64,000 bases of DNA from Angustibacter luteus (GTDB lineage Bacteria > Actinomycetota > Actinomycetes > Actinomycetales > Angustibacteraceae). The notes below the pieces were generated by a model. That model saw nothing but the letters and a program-made list of their open reading frames with translations, made no database searches and was not told where the DNA came from. The DNA lies in assembly GCF_039541115.1 (NCBI RefSeq), contig NZ_BAABFP010000002.1, positions 744,001-808,000 on the forward strand. Reading direction: 5' to 3'. Both the position numbers and the translations under genes were made by a program. Below are positions 1 to 9,444 of the stretch, piece after piece (the first letter of the stretch is position 1; each line of letters begins with the position of its first letter).

Positions 1-524
1 CGGGCCTGAGCTACGGCTACGAGGAGGCCCTCGGCTACTGCGTGGACCCGGAGGCGGTGCGGGACAAGGACGGCGTCAGCGCGGCGCTGATGGTCGCCGA
101 GCTCGCGGCGTGGCTGAAGTCTCGCGGCCACAGCCTGCTCGACGAGCTCGACGACATCGCCCGGGTAACCGGCGTCCACCTGACCGGGCAGCACTCCGTA
201 CGGGTGGCCGACCTCAGCCTGATCGCCGACGCGATGGCGCGACTGCGCACGGCGCCGCCCGCGTCGCTCGCCGGCTCCGCGGTGGAGCGGCTCGACGACC
301 TGGCCGCCGGGATCGGGGACCTGCCGCCCACCGATGGGCTGCGGTTCTCCCTCGCCGACGGCAGCCGGGTGATCGTGCGGCCCAGTGGCACCGAGCCGAA
401 GCTCAAGGCGTACCTGGAGGTCGTGCAGCCTGTGCCGGACACCGACGTGCCGGCGGCACGGGCCGTGGCCGTGCAGCGGTTGGCCGCGTTGCGGTCGGCG
501 GTCGCCGAGGCGATCGGGCTGTGA
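1..524 (+). CDS. Phospho-sugar mutase (PGM/PMM family), 3' part only; gene starts before the window
   Basis: Frame from position 3 reads GLSYGYEEALGYCVDP..RDKDG..IVRPSGTEPKLKAY, the PGM/PMM C-terminal motifs. Confidence 0.9.
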   Translation, partial: GLSYGYEEALGYCVDPEAVRDKDGVSAALMVAELAAWLKSRGHSLLDELDDIARVTGVHLTGQHSVRVADLSLIADAMARLRTAPPASLAGSAVERLDDLAAGIGDLPPTDGLRFSLADGSRVIVRPSGTEPKLKAYLEVVQPVPDTDVPAARAVAVQRLAALRSAVAEAIGL

Positions 525-1048
525 GCCTGCGACTGCGGCCCCTGACGGTCCAGGACGAGGAGCAGGCGCTGGCGGCTCAGGCCGAGCTGGCACCGGACGA
601 CTTCATGTTCCTGCTCGACACCACGCCCGGCCAGCCCTGGGCAGACTACGTCGGGCGGCTGGCGGCGATCCGCCGCGGCGAGGCCCTCAAGGAGGGCTGG
701 GTGCCCGCGACGTTCCTGGTCGCCGAGGTGGACGGCGAGATCGTCGGCCGGGTGTCGGTCCGGCACGAGCTCAACGGCTGGCTGACGCGCTACGGCGGGC
801 ACATCGGGTACGGCGTGCGGCCGCAGTTCCGCCGTCGCGGCTACGCCACCGAGATCCTTCGCCAGGCGCTGCAGGTGGCCCGCGCGGCCGGCGTCGAGCG
901 GGCGCTCGTGACCTGCGACCTCGACAACGTGGGCTCGGCCGCCACGATCGAGCGCTGCGGCGGGGTGTTCGAGGGCATCGAGCCCGAGAGCGAGGGCACG
1001 ACCGCCAAGCGTCGCTACTGGATCGACGTCCCCCCTCCCCCGCCGTGA
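521..1048 (+). CDS. GNAT family N-acetyltransferase
   Basis: GTG overlaps the upstream TGA; motifs GGHIGYGVRPQFRRRGYAT and VTCDLDNVGSAATIERCGG. Confidence 0.85.
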   Translation: MSLRLRPLTVQDEEQALAAQAELAPDDFMFLLDTTPGQPWADYVGRLAAIRRGEALKEGWVPATFLVAEVDGEIVGRVSVRHELNGWLTRYGGHIGYGVRPQFRRRGYATEILRQALQVARAAGVERALVTCDLDNVGSAATIERCGGVFEGIEPESEGTTAKRRYWIDVPPPPP

Positions 1049-1149
1049 TCATGCACGTTCACCCCAGGTGTGAACACGACAAGTGACCGGCGGCTGCTCC
1101 GTGTGATCGTGCCGAAGGAGCACCCTCCGACCTGGACTAGCCTGGACCG

Positions 1150-2142
1150 GTGAGTGCACCGACCCTGCCTGCGACGTCGCAGGCCGACCTCGCCGCGATC
1201 GCCGGCATCGACCACCTGACCGACGCGAGCCTCCGTCGCTTCCTGCACGGCCTGCCCGGCGTGGACCAGGTCGGGCTCGAGGCCCGCGCCGCGGGCCTGG
1301 GCACCCGGTCGATCAAGACGACGTCCAAGGCCTGGGCGATCGACACCGCCATCTCGATGATCGACCTCACCACGCTCGAGGGCGCCGACACCCACGGCAA
1401 GGTGCGCACGCTGTGCGCCAAGGCCGCCCACCCGGACCCCAGCGACCCGGCCTGCCCGACGGTCGCCGCGGTCTGCGTCTACAACGACCTGGTGGACGTC
1501 GCGGTGGACGCCCTGCGCGGCACCGGGATCCACGTCGCCGCCGTCGCCACCGCCTTCCCGAGCGGCCGGGCCAGCCGCGCGGTGAAGCTGGCCGACACCC
1601 AGGACGCGGTCGAGGGCGGCGCCGACGAGGTCGACATGGTGATCGACCGCGGCGCGTTCCTGTCCGGCCACTACCTGCAGGTCTTCGAGGAGATCGCGGC
1701 CACGAAGGCGGCCTGCACCGCCAAGGACGGCCGTGAGGCGCACCTCAAGGTGATCCTGGAGACCGGCGAGCTGACCACCTACGACAACGTCCGACGCGCG
1801 TCGTGGCTGGCCATGCTGGCCGGTGGTGACTTCATCAAGACGAGCACCGGCAAGATCCAGCCGGCCGCGACCCTGCCGATCACGCTGCTGATGCTCGAGG
1901 CGGTGCGGGACTTCCGGCTGGCCGGCGGTCGCCAGATCGGCGTGAAGCCGGCCGGCGGCATCCGGACCAGCAAGGACGCGCTGAAGTACCTCGTCACGGT
2001 CAGCGAGACGGCAGGCGACGACTGGATCGACCCGGACTGGTTCCGGTTCGGCGCCTCGACGCTGCTCAACGACCTGCTCCTGCAACGGCAGAAGCTCGCC
2101 ACCGGCCGGTACAGCGGCCCCGACTACGTCACCCTGGACTGA
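1150..2142 (+). CDS. deoC: Deoxyribose-phosphate aldolase
   Basis: IDLTTLEGADT, GADEVDMVI, LKVILETGEL, DFIKTSTGK, VKPAGGIR, FRFGAS. Confidence 0.95.
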   Translation: MSAPTLPATSQADLAAIAGIDHLTDASLRRFLHGLPGVDQVGLEARAAGLGTRSIKTTSKAWAIDTAISMIDLTTLEGADTHGKVRTLCAKAAHPDPSDPACPTVAAVCVYNDLVDVAVDALRGTGIHVAAVATAFPSGRASRAVKLADTQDAVEGGADEVDMVIDRGAFLSGHYLQVFEEIAATKAACTAKDGREAHLKVILETGELTTYDNVRRASWLAMLAGGDFIKTSTGKIQPAATLPITLLMLEAVRDFRLAGGRQIGVKPAGGIRTSKDALKYLVTVSETAGDDWIDPDWFRFGASTLLNDLLLQRQKLATGRYSGPDYVTLD

Positions 2143-2151
2143 GCGGACCTG

Positions 2152-3594
2152 ATGGAGATGCCGAAGTTCGAGTACGCACCCGCCCCCGAGTCGCGCGCCG
2201 TCGTCGACCTGCAGCCCTCCTACGGGCTGTTCATCGACGGCGAGTTCGCCGACCCGGCCAGCGGGCAGTCGTTCAAGACCGTGAGCCCGAGCACCGAGGA
2301 GGTGCTGGCCGAGGTCGCCGAGGGCGACGCCGCGGACGTCGACCGCGCCGTCCGCGCGGCCCGGCGCGCCTACGAGCGGGTCTGGTCGCAGATGTCCGGC
2401 GCCGAGCGCGGCAAGTACCTGTTCCGCATCGCGCGGATCATGCAGGAGCGTTCGCGCGAGCTGGCCGTCCTGGAGACGCTGGACAACGGCAAGCCGATCA
2501 AGGAGAGCCGGGACGTCGACATCCCGCAGGCCGCAGCCTGGTTCTTCTACTACGCGGGTTGGGCGGACAAGCTCGACCACGCTGGTCTCGGCCCGAACCC
2601 GCGCGCGCTGGGAGTGGCCGGCCAGGTCATCCCGTGGAACTTCCCGCTGCTCATGCTGGCGTGGAAGATCGCGCCCGCGCTGGCCTGCGGCAACACGGTG
2701 GTGCTGAAGCCCGCCGAGACGACCCCGCTGACGGCGCTGCTGTTCGCCGAGATCTGCCAGCAGGCCGACCTGCCGCCCGGCGTGGTCAACATCGTCACCG
2801 GTGCCGGCGCCACGGGGCAGGCCGTCGTCGAGCACCCGGACGTGAACAAGGTCGCCTTCACCGGGTCCACCGAGGTCGGCAAGCGCATCGCCCGCGCCGT
2901 CGCCGGCTCGCGCAAGAAGGTCACCCTGGAGCTCGGCGGCAAGGGCGCGAACATCGTCTACGACGACGCCCCCATCGACCAGGCCGTCGAGGGCATCGTC
3001 ACCGGGATCTTCTTCAACCAGGGCCACGTGTGCTGCGCCGGCTCGCGCCTGCTGGTGCAGGAGAGCATCGCGGACGACGTCGTGGACCGGCTGAAGCGCC
3101 GGCTGGCCACCCTGCGGGTCGGCGACCCGCTGGACAAGAACACCGACGTCGGCGCCATCAACTCGGCCGAGCAGCTGGCCCGGATCACCGCGCTGGCCCA
3201 GGTCGGCGAGGACGAGGGCGCCGAGCGCTGGTCACCCGCGTGCGACCTGCCCGGCACCGGCTTCTGGTTCGCCCCCACCGTGTTCACCGGCGTCTCGAAC
3301 ACGCACCGGATCGCCCAGGAGGAGGTGTTCGGCCCGGTCCTGTCGGTGCTGACCTTCCGCACTCCCGACGAGGCCGTCGCGAAGGCCAACAACACGCCCT
3401 ACGGGCTGTCCGCCGGGATCTGGAGCGACAAGGGCTCCCGCATCCTGTGGACCGCCGACCGGCTGCGCGCTGGAGTGGTGTGGGCCAACACCTTCAACAA
3501 GTTCGACCCCAGCTCGCCCTTCGGCGGCTACAAGGAGTCCGGTTACGGCCGCGAGGGCGGCCGCCACGGCCTGGAGGCCTACCTTGCCCACTGA
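2152..3594 (+). CDS. Aldehyde dehydrogenase (probably acetaldehyde from DeoC)
   Basis: IPWNFP, LKPAE, FTGSTEVG, LELGGK, FNQGHVCCAG (catalytic Cys), EEVFGP, PFGGYKESG. Confidence 0.93.
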   Translation: MEMPKFEYAPAPESRAVVDLQPSYGLFIDGEFADPASGQSFKTVSPSTEEVLAEVAEGDAADVDRAVRAARRAYERVWSQMSGAERGKYLFRIARIMQERSRELAVLETLDNGKPIKESRDVDIPQAAAWFFYYAGWADKLDHAGLGPNPRALGVAGQVIPWNFPLLMLAWKIAPALACGNTVVLKPAETTPLTALLFAEICQQADLPPGVVNIVTGAGATGQAVVEHPDVNKVAFTGSTEVGKRIARAVAGSRKKVTLELGGKGANIVYDDAPIDQAVEGIVTGIFFNQGHVCCAGSRLLVQESIADDVVDRLKRRLATLRVGDPLDKNTDVGAINSAEQLARITALAQVGEDEGAERWSPACDLPGTGFWFAPTVFTGVSNTHRIAQEEVFGPVLSVLTFRTPDEAVAKANNTPYGLSAGIWSDKGSRILWTADRLRAGVVWANTFNKFDPSSPFGGYKESGYGREGGRHGLEAYLAH

Positions 3595-4471
3595 CACCTC
3601 CGCCCGGCTCGAGGTCCGCAAGACCTACAAGCTGTACGTCGGCGGGAAGTTCCCGCGCAGCGAGTCCGGCCGCTCCTACGAGGTCACCGACTCCCGGGGC
3701 CGCTTCCTCGCGAACGCCGCCCAGGGGTCCCGCAAGGACGCCCGGGACGCCGTCGTCGCCGCCCGTGGCGCGGTGAAGGGCTGGTCCGGCGCGACCGCCT
3801 TCAACCGGGGCCAGGTGCTCTACCGGGTCGCCGAGCTGCTGGAGGGCCGTCGCGCCCAGTTCGTCGACGAGGTGTCCCGCGGCGAGGGGCTGACCCGTCC
3901 GCGGGCGGAGAAGGCCGTGGACGCCGCGATCGACCGCTGGGTCTGGTACGCCGGCTGGTCCGACAAGATCGCCCAGGTGCTCGGCGGCCTCAACCCGGTC
4001 GCCGGACCGTACTTCGACATCAGTGCACCGGAGCCGACCGGGGTGGTGGCAGTCCTTGCCCCGCAACGGTCCTCGCTGCTCGGGCTGGTCTCGGTCATCG
4101 CGCCGGCGATCGTCAGCGGCAACACCGTCGTCGTCCTGGCCAGCGAGCACCGCCCCCTGCCCGCGGTGACGTTGAGCGAGGTGCTCGCGACGTCCGACGT
4201 GCCCGGCGGTGTGGTCAACGTGCTGACCGGCCGGACCGCCGAGGTGGCGCCGTGGCTGGCCTCGCACATGGACGTCAACGCCATCGACCTGGCCGGGGCC
4301 GTCGACGCCGACGGTGTCGCGTGGGCCGATCTCGAGGTCGCCGCCGCGGACAACCTCAAGCGGGTCCTGCGGCCGGCCGACGCCGAGCCCGACTGGCGCA
4401 CGACCCCTGGCCTGGAACGGATCAAGGCGTTCGTGGAGACCAAGACCGTATGGCACCCCAAGGGGACCTGA
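3584..4471 (+). CDS. Short aldehyde dehydrogenase family protein lacking the catalytic domain
   Basis: ALDH-like NAD-binding part (PTGVV, GNTVVV, PGGVVNVLTG) and C-terminal ETKTVWHP; no ELGG or GxxC motif. Confidence 0.8.
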   Translation: MPTDTSARLEVRKTYKLYVGGKFPRSESGRSYEVTDSRGRFLANAAQGSRKDARDAVVAARGAVKGWSGATAFNRGQVLYRVAELLEGRRAQFVDEVSRGEGLTRPRAEKAVDAAIDRWVWYAGWSDKIAQVLGGLNPVAGPYFDISAPEPTGVVAVLAPQRSSLLGLVSVIAPAIVSGNTVVVLASEHRPLPAVTLSEVLATSDVPGGVVNVLTGRTAEVAPWLASHMDVNAIDLAGAVDADGVAWADLEVAAADNLKRVLRPADAEPDWRTTPGLERIKAFVETKTVWHPKGT

Positions 4472-5223
4472 ACGCGCCGGACTTCGTCGTCGAGCTCAGC
4501 CGGCGCGAGTCCGCGGCCACCTGGGACGTGACGGGCGGGATCGCCGTCGCGAACCCCACCTACGCGCACTCCCACGAGCAGAACCGCCTGCTGCTGACCG
4601 AGCCGACGCCGTGGGCGGTCGCCCTCGCGGACGCCGAGCGCGTCCAGGCGGAGGCCGGTTTGGCCCACCGTCGGGTCGACTGGCTGAACGGCGCGCCGCC
4701 CGACGTCCCGGACGTGCTGCCCGACGGGTGGTCCCTGTCGCGCACCGTCTTCATGGAGCTGACGCGCGACCTCGTCGGCGAGCCGGGCGCGGCGGAGCTG
4801 CTGACCTTCGACGACGTCCGGACGGCCCTGTGGGCCGACTGGCGCTCGCACCTGCCGGACGTGCCGGACGAGGTGATCGAGCACCTGGCCGGTCGCCGGC
4901 GCGCGACGGAGCGGGCCTGCGCCGTGACCTGGCACGCGGTGGTGCTGGACGGCGAGGTCGTGTCGTTCTGCGACCTGCGGGTGATGGCGGTCGGCGACGA
5001 GCTGATGGCGCAGATCGAGGACGTCGTCACCCTGCCTGCCCATCGCGGTCACGGCTACGCGCGGATGATCGTGGTGCACGCGGTGCGCGCGGCCCAGGCC
5101 GCCGGGGCAGACCGGATCTGGCTCGAGGCGGACGCCGACGACTGGCCGCGGGAGTTCTACTCCCGCATGGGATTCACCGAGTGCGGCCCGACCCCGGTCG
5201 TCGCGATGAGGCAGCTGCCGTGA
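4450..5223 (+). CDS. GNAT family N-acetyltransferase (paralog 1)
   Basis: IEDVVTLPAHRGHGYAR acetyl-CoA loop, LEADADDWPREFYSRMGF; start uncertain (ATG 4450 or CTG 4468). Confidence 0.75.
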   Translation: MAPQGDLNAPDFVVELSRRESAATWDVTGGIAVANPTYAHSHEQNRLLLTEPTPWAVALADAERVQAEAGLAHRRVDWLNGAPPDVPDVLPDGWSLSRTVFMELTRDLVGEPGAAELLTFDDVRTALWADWRSHLPDVPDEVIEHLAGRRRATERACAVTWHAVVLDGEVVSFCDLRVMAVGDELMAQIEDVVTLPAHRGHGYARMIVVHAVRAAQAAGADRIWLEADADDWPREFYSRMGFTECGPTPVVAMRQLP

Positions 5224-5990
5224 CGGCGGTCGAACACACTGGGCTGGGGCTGGGGCCGAGGTTCCTGCTGGAGCTGGGACGTCGCGAGGGCACGTCCTGG
5301 GAGCCGGTGCAGGGCGGCATCGCGATCCTGCACGAGGGGTTCCCGTTCTCCCACGAGCACAACCGGCTGCTGCTGACCGAGCGCGTGCCGTGGGACGTCG
5401 CGGTCGCCGAGGCCGAGCGGGTGCTCGGCGCCGCTGGGGTCGCGCACCGCCGCATCGACTGGCTGGCCGGCGGGCCGGGTGGCGTCGACGCCGCCTGGGA
5501 CCTCTCGCACACCGTCTTCATGGAGCTCGTCGGCGACGTCGTCGGTGGCCCGGGTAGTGCTGCGGTCGTGCCGTTCGAGTCGCTGCGGGACGCGATGCGC
5601 GAGGACTGGCGCGGGTGGGTTCCAGACGCGGACGACGACGAGCTGGACCAGATCGTCGACCGCCGCCGCGCCACCGCGGCCGCCTGCGACCTGACCTGGC
5701 ACGCGGTGCTCGTGGACGGCGAGCCGCTGACCTGGTGCGACCTGCGACTGCTCGAGGTGGACGGCGCGCTGGTGGGGCAGCTGGACGAGCTGCTGACCCT
5801 GCCGGAGCACCGCGGGCACGGCTACGGCCGCGCGGCCCTGACCCACGCGACGCTGACCGCCGTCGCCGCCGGTGCGACGTCGGTGTTCATGGAGGCGGAC
5901 CGGGACGACTGGCCGCGCGAACTCTACTCCCGCATGGGTTTCGTGGTTCGCGGACCGGAGACCACCGTGGCCGTGCTGGAGGCGTCGTGA
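5220..5990 (+). CDS. GNAT family N-acetyltransferase (paralog 2)
   Basis: GTGA overlap; LLTLPEHRGHGYGR, MEADRDDWPRELYSRMGF; colinear with the preceding gene. Confidence 0.8.
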   Translation: MTAVEHTGLGLGPRFLLELGRREGTSWEPVQGGIAILHEGFPFSHEHNRLLLTERVPWDVAVAEAERVLGAAGVAHRRIDWLAGGPGGVDAAWDLSHTVFMELVGDVVGGPGSAAVVPFESLRDAMREDWRGWVPDADDDELDQIVDRRRATAAACDLTWHAVLVDGEPLTWCDLRLLEVDGALVGQLDELLTLPEHRGHGYGRAALTHATLTAVAAGATSVFMEADRDDWPRELYSRMGFVVRGPETTVAVLEAS

Positions 5991-6796
5991 GCACCGGGGA
6001 CGCGGTCAGCGGCTGGGACGACTGGCGGCAGGCGAGGCTGGACCGGCTGCGCGGGCCGTCGAGCCCGCTCGCGCTGACCGGCACCCACTGGTTCGACGAC
6101 GAGCTGACCCTGGACGGCGTGCCCGGCCACTGGGTCGCCGGCGGCAGCGGCGGCAGCGGCGGCGTGACGCTGGCCGCCTCGGCGACGGACGACGTCCGGG
6201 TGGACGGCGAGCTCCTGGACGGCACCGCCGCGATCGTCAGCGACCTGGCGCTCACCCCCAGCGACGTCCGGGCCGGCCCGCTGCGGCTGCGGCTGATCGA
6301 CCGGGACGGCGTCCTCGCCGTCCGGGTGTACGACCCGGCCGGTCCTGCGGCCAGCGGCTTCAGCGGGCTCGACGTGTTCCACTTCGACCCCAGCTGGGTG
6401 CTGCCCGCGAGGTTTGAGCCCTTCGAGGCCACCCGACAGGTCGTCGTGCCGAACGCGGACGGCGTCGACCGCCCGCTCCCGCTGGGCGGGACGGTGACGT
6501 TCGCCCGCCACGGCACCGAGATCAACCTCCAGGTCGAGGTGGACGAGGAGACCGGCGAGATGCAGGCCGTGTTCGCCGACCTGACCAGCCGGTCACCCGA
6601 CCCGGATCGGCGCGCCTACCGGTTCAGGTTCGTGAACTTCCCGCCGCCGGACGCCGACGGGGCGACCGTGGCCGACCTCAACCAGGCCTTCCTGCCGCCG
6701 TGCGCGTTCAACGAGTTCTTCGTGTGCCCGTTCCCACCCCCGGGCAACACGGTGGACCTCGCCGTCGAGGCCGGGGAGCGCGCCGCACGCTGGTGA
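5987..6796 (+). CDS. DUF1684 family protein
   Basis: N-terminal WRQARLDRL..LALTGTHW and C-terminal DLNQAFLPPCAFNEFFVCPFPPPGN..VEAGE. Confidence 0.8.
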   Translation: MSTGDAVSGWDDWRQARLDRLRGPSSPLALTGTHWFDDELTLDGVPGHWVAGGSGGSGGVTLAASATDDVRVDGELLDGTAAIVSDLALTPSDVRAGPLRLRLIDRDGVLAVRVYDPAGPAASGFSGLDVFHFDPSWVLPARFEPFEATRQVVVPNADGVDRPLPLGGTVTFARHGTEINLQVEVDEETGEMQAVFADLTSRSPDPDRRAYRFRFVNFPPPDADGATVADLNQAFLPPCAFNEFFVCPFPPPGNTVDLAVEAGERAARW

Positions 6797-6852
6797 CCCT
6801 CTCCGTGCGGCCGGAGGAGTCGACCACCTCCTGGCGGTGCTCCGGCCGCGCA

Positions 6853-7539
6853 TCACTCGCGGCCCTGCCAGGTGGTCAGGCACGCGCGGTTGCCCTGCGG
6901 GTCGGCGAGCACCCAGAACGCCGGCGCGGCGGTGTCGTCGACCAGCTGGCCGCCGGCCGCGATCGCAGCGGCGATGCGGTCCTCGACCACCTCGGGCGGG
7001 ATGCGCAGGTCGAGGTGCCAGCGCTGCCGCGGAACGTCGTGCGCGTCGGTGGGCTGGAACCAGATCGTTGCCCGACGCCCCGTGGCGTCGCGGAGCTGGA
7101 TCTCCCCCCAGGCCTCGACCGTGTCGTAGTCGAGCAGGGCCGCCCAGAACGGCCTGATCTGCGCCTCGTCGGCCGAGTCGAGGCCGAGTTCGAGCACGCT
7201 GGTGCGTTCCGGGTGCGGCGTGGCCCCAGCGGCCAGCGCCAGCTCGCTGATGGTCTGGGCCAGCGCCACGTCGCGTGAGGTCACCCCGCCGACGTCGTGA
7301 CTGGTCAGCCGGACATCGAGCCGTCCGTAGGCCAGGTCGACGTCGGGGTGGTGGCCCATCTCCTCGGCGGCCAGCGAGATGGCGTCGACGAGCTTCACCG
7401 CAGTGACGAAGTCCCCGGTGTCGAAGCTGGCGTACAGCCGGTCGATCAGCATCCGCCAGTCGGGCAGCTGCGCATCGTCGACGTCCAGCTCCGTCAGCAC
7501 GCGCTTCGGCTCGGGCGGCGTCTCGGTCCTGTCGCTCAC
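6853..7539 (-). CDS. Pterin-4a-carbinolamine dehydratase fused to a VOC/glyoxalase-like domain
   Basis: AEEMGHHPDV..LTSHDVGGVT (PCD), then FWAALLDY..RWHLDL..VLADPQGNRACL (VOC); GTG 7539 follows a GA-rich RBS. Confidence 0.8.
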   Translation of the reverse strand: MSDRTETPPEPKRVLTELDVDDAQLPDWRMLIDRLYASFDTGDFVTAVKLVDAISLAAEEMGHHPDVDLAYGRLDVRLTSHDVGGVTSRDVALAQTISELALAAGATPHPERTSVLELGLDSADEAQIRPFWAALLDYDTVEAWGEIQLRDATGRRATIWFQPTDAHDVPRQRWHLDLRIPPEVVEDRIAAAIAAGGQLVDDTAAPAFWVLADPQGNRACLTTWQGRE

Positions 7540-7714
7540 TCGCGTCCCCTTCTCCCCGATCGGCACGTCGCCGGGATCGTCGACTGCCAGTCCTCGTAGC
7601 CGCTGACCTTGCCAGTCAGGGCGCCCACCGCCACACGTGGGTCTCCGTGCGTCGGGTCAGTGGGCATTCACGTTCCGGATGCGCTGACCCGGACCCACTC
7701 TGCGACAACGGTTC

Positions 7715-7736
7715 TGTCGGTGGTGGCCGATACCGT
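7715..7736 (+). promoter_or_regulatory. RecA-NDp/PafBC-type promoter motif TGTCGG-N10-TACCGT, leaderless spacing to ATG 7744
   Basis: Exact TGTCGG-N10-TANNNT pattern, 7 nt before an ATG. Confidence 0.65.
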
Positions 7737-7743
7737 CCTCTTC

Positions 7744-9083
7744 ATGACCTCAGCGACGAGCGGCCCACCGGATGCGCCGTCCGGCGTGTTCGCGGGCGCG
7801 CTGCGCGAGCTCGATGCGGGGGGAGCCGCCCGGTCTGGCACCTGTCCGATGGGGAGGTCGCAGCGGCCGTGACCGACCTTGACCGGCTGATCCGGCTCGC
7901 CGAGGCGCAGCAGTTGCGGCTCCTCGCCGAGGCCAGCACACGCGGCCTGCCCGGCCAGCAGGGGCACGCGCGCCTTGAGCAGTGGGTGCGAGCGCAGGTA
8001 CCCACGACATCCCGACGGCTCGCGGCGACCCTGGCCCGTCGAAGTGAACGACTGTTCACCGCTGCGGTGGCGGCCGAGCTGGCGCCGGCGCGGGAGGCGA
8101 TGCTGGCCGGACGGGTCAGTGTCGAGCAGGCGGACGTCGTCGCGCGCACCGTGCACTCGCTCGTCCCGCCGGCCGTCCCAGCCGAGGTCGTGCCCGCGCA
8201 TGTGGTCGTCGAGGCGCAGGCGTGGCTCCTGGACCAGGCCGTCGCGTTCGACCCGACCGAGTTGCGTCGCCTTGCCGACCGCCTCGTCGACCGGCTCGAC
8301 CCCGAGGCCGACGACCGGCTGGCCGCCAGCGAACGCGCGCAGCGGCAGGTGCGTTCGCTGACGCTGGCGACCACCACGGGTGGCATGGTGCACGTCGAAG
8401 GGCTGCTCACCCCGAACTGCGGCGCCGCCCTGCGCACGGCCATCGACGCCTGGTCCGCGCCCCAGCCAGCCGCCAACGGAACTCCGGACCCACGGACGGC
8501 CGCACAACGGCGCCACGACGGGCTCCAGCGGCTGGCCGAGAAGGCCGTCGCCGCACCCGACTTCCTGCCCAGCACCCACGGCAGCCCTTATCGGGTGGTC
8601 GTCACGATGAGCCAGCGCGACCTGGCCGAAGGGCTGGCCCCCACCCTGCCCGACGGTACCCGGCTCAGCCGTGCCGTCACCGGCACACTGCTCTGCGAGG
8701 CCGACGTCGTGCCGGTCCTGGTCGACGGCGTGGGCACCCCGCTGGACGTCGGGCGGACCCAGCGCGCCTTCACGGCACGGCAACGACAGGCGTTGGCGGT
8801 TCGGGACCGGCAGTGCACCTGGCCTGGTTGCGCCGCCCCACCCGAGTGGACGGACGCGCACCACCTCCGACCCTGGCAGCACGACGGGCCGACCGATCTC
8901 GACAACGCAGCGTTGCTGTGCAACCACCATCACCACCACGTGCACCGAGTCGGCATCGACGGCCGGGTCATCGACGGCGCGGTCAGCTGGGACACCGGCC
9001 CACCGGACAGGTCGACAGCACCGAGCATCACCCGCGCGCTGCACCTGGTCCACGACCTCGCGCGACGATGGCGCCTGCCCTGA
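7744..9083 (+). CDS. DUF222/HNH endonuclease (13E12-repeat-like), apparently frameshifted near the G6 run at 7818-7823
   Basis: RTAAQRRHDGL, PLDVGRTQR, RDRQCTWPGC..DAHHL..GPTDLDNAALLCNHHH; ATG 7744 is out of frame with the body; next in-frame GTG is 7869. Confidence 0.75.
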
Positions 9084-9221
9084 GCAGCCACTTTCGCAAG
9101 CAAGGGTCTCAGATGCCGAGAAGTTCCGTCTCGCGGTGAGAGCCACCCTGCACGGTTGGCTACTTTCGTTGCCAGGCAACGGCTTCGACCGACGCCCCAC
9201 CTCCACGACGAAGGCGACGAC

Positions 9222-9326
9222 ATGACTGCGGCCCGCACCGACACGGCGATCGCCCTGTCCTGCCGTCACGCTGCGCGTCGCCACGTGGACCTCCAGCGCG
9301 TCTCCAGCGCGCTGTGTCGCGCCTGA
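9222..9326 (+). CDS. 34-aa putative leader (attenuator) peptide MTAARTDTAIALSCRHAARRHVDLQRVSSALCRA
   Basis: GAAGG RBS; RRHVDLxRVxSALC motif typical of actinobacterial leader peptides upstream of sulfur genes; lies directly before ssuE. Confidence 0.75.
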   Translation: MTAARTDTAIALSCRHAARRHVDLQRVSSALCRA

Positions 9327-9444
9327 GCGCCACCTCCCCCTCCGCGCGATCGTGACGGCCGACGCCGTCTGACGATCACCCCTGCCCTGCAACGGATCGG
9401 GCTCCCGCCTATCCGTCGATACCCCCGTGCCCGAAAGGACCCCC

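Noticed and set aside
1046..1075. GTTCAC/GTGAAC hairpin as a terminator
   Set aside because: Only a 6-bp stem with no U-tract; possibly a repeat fragment, but unsupported.
9090..9220. SAM-IV or SAM-I riboswitch upstream of the sulfur operon
   Set aside because: Conserved riboswitch core not recognisable by eye; the leader peptide explains the region. An Rfam scan would settle it.
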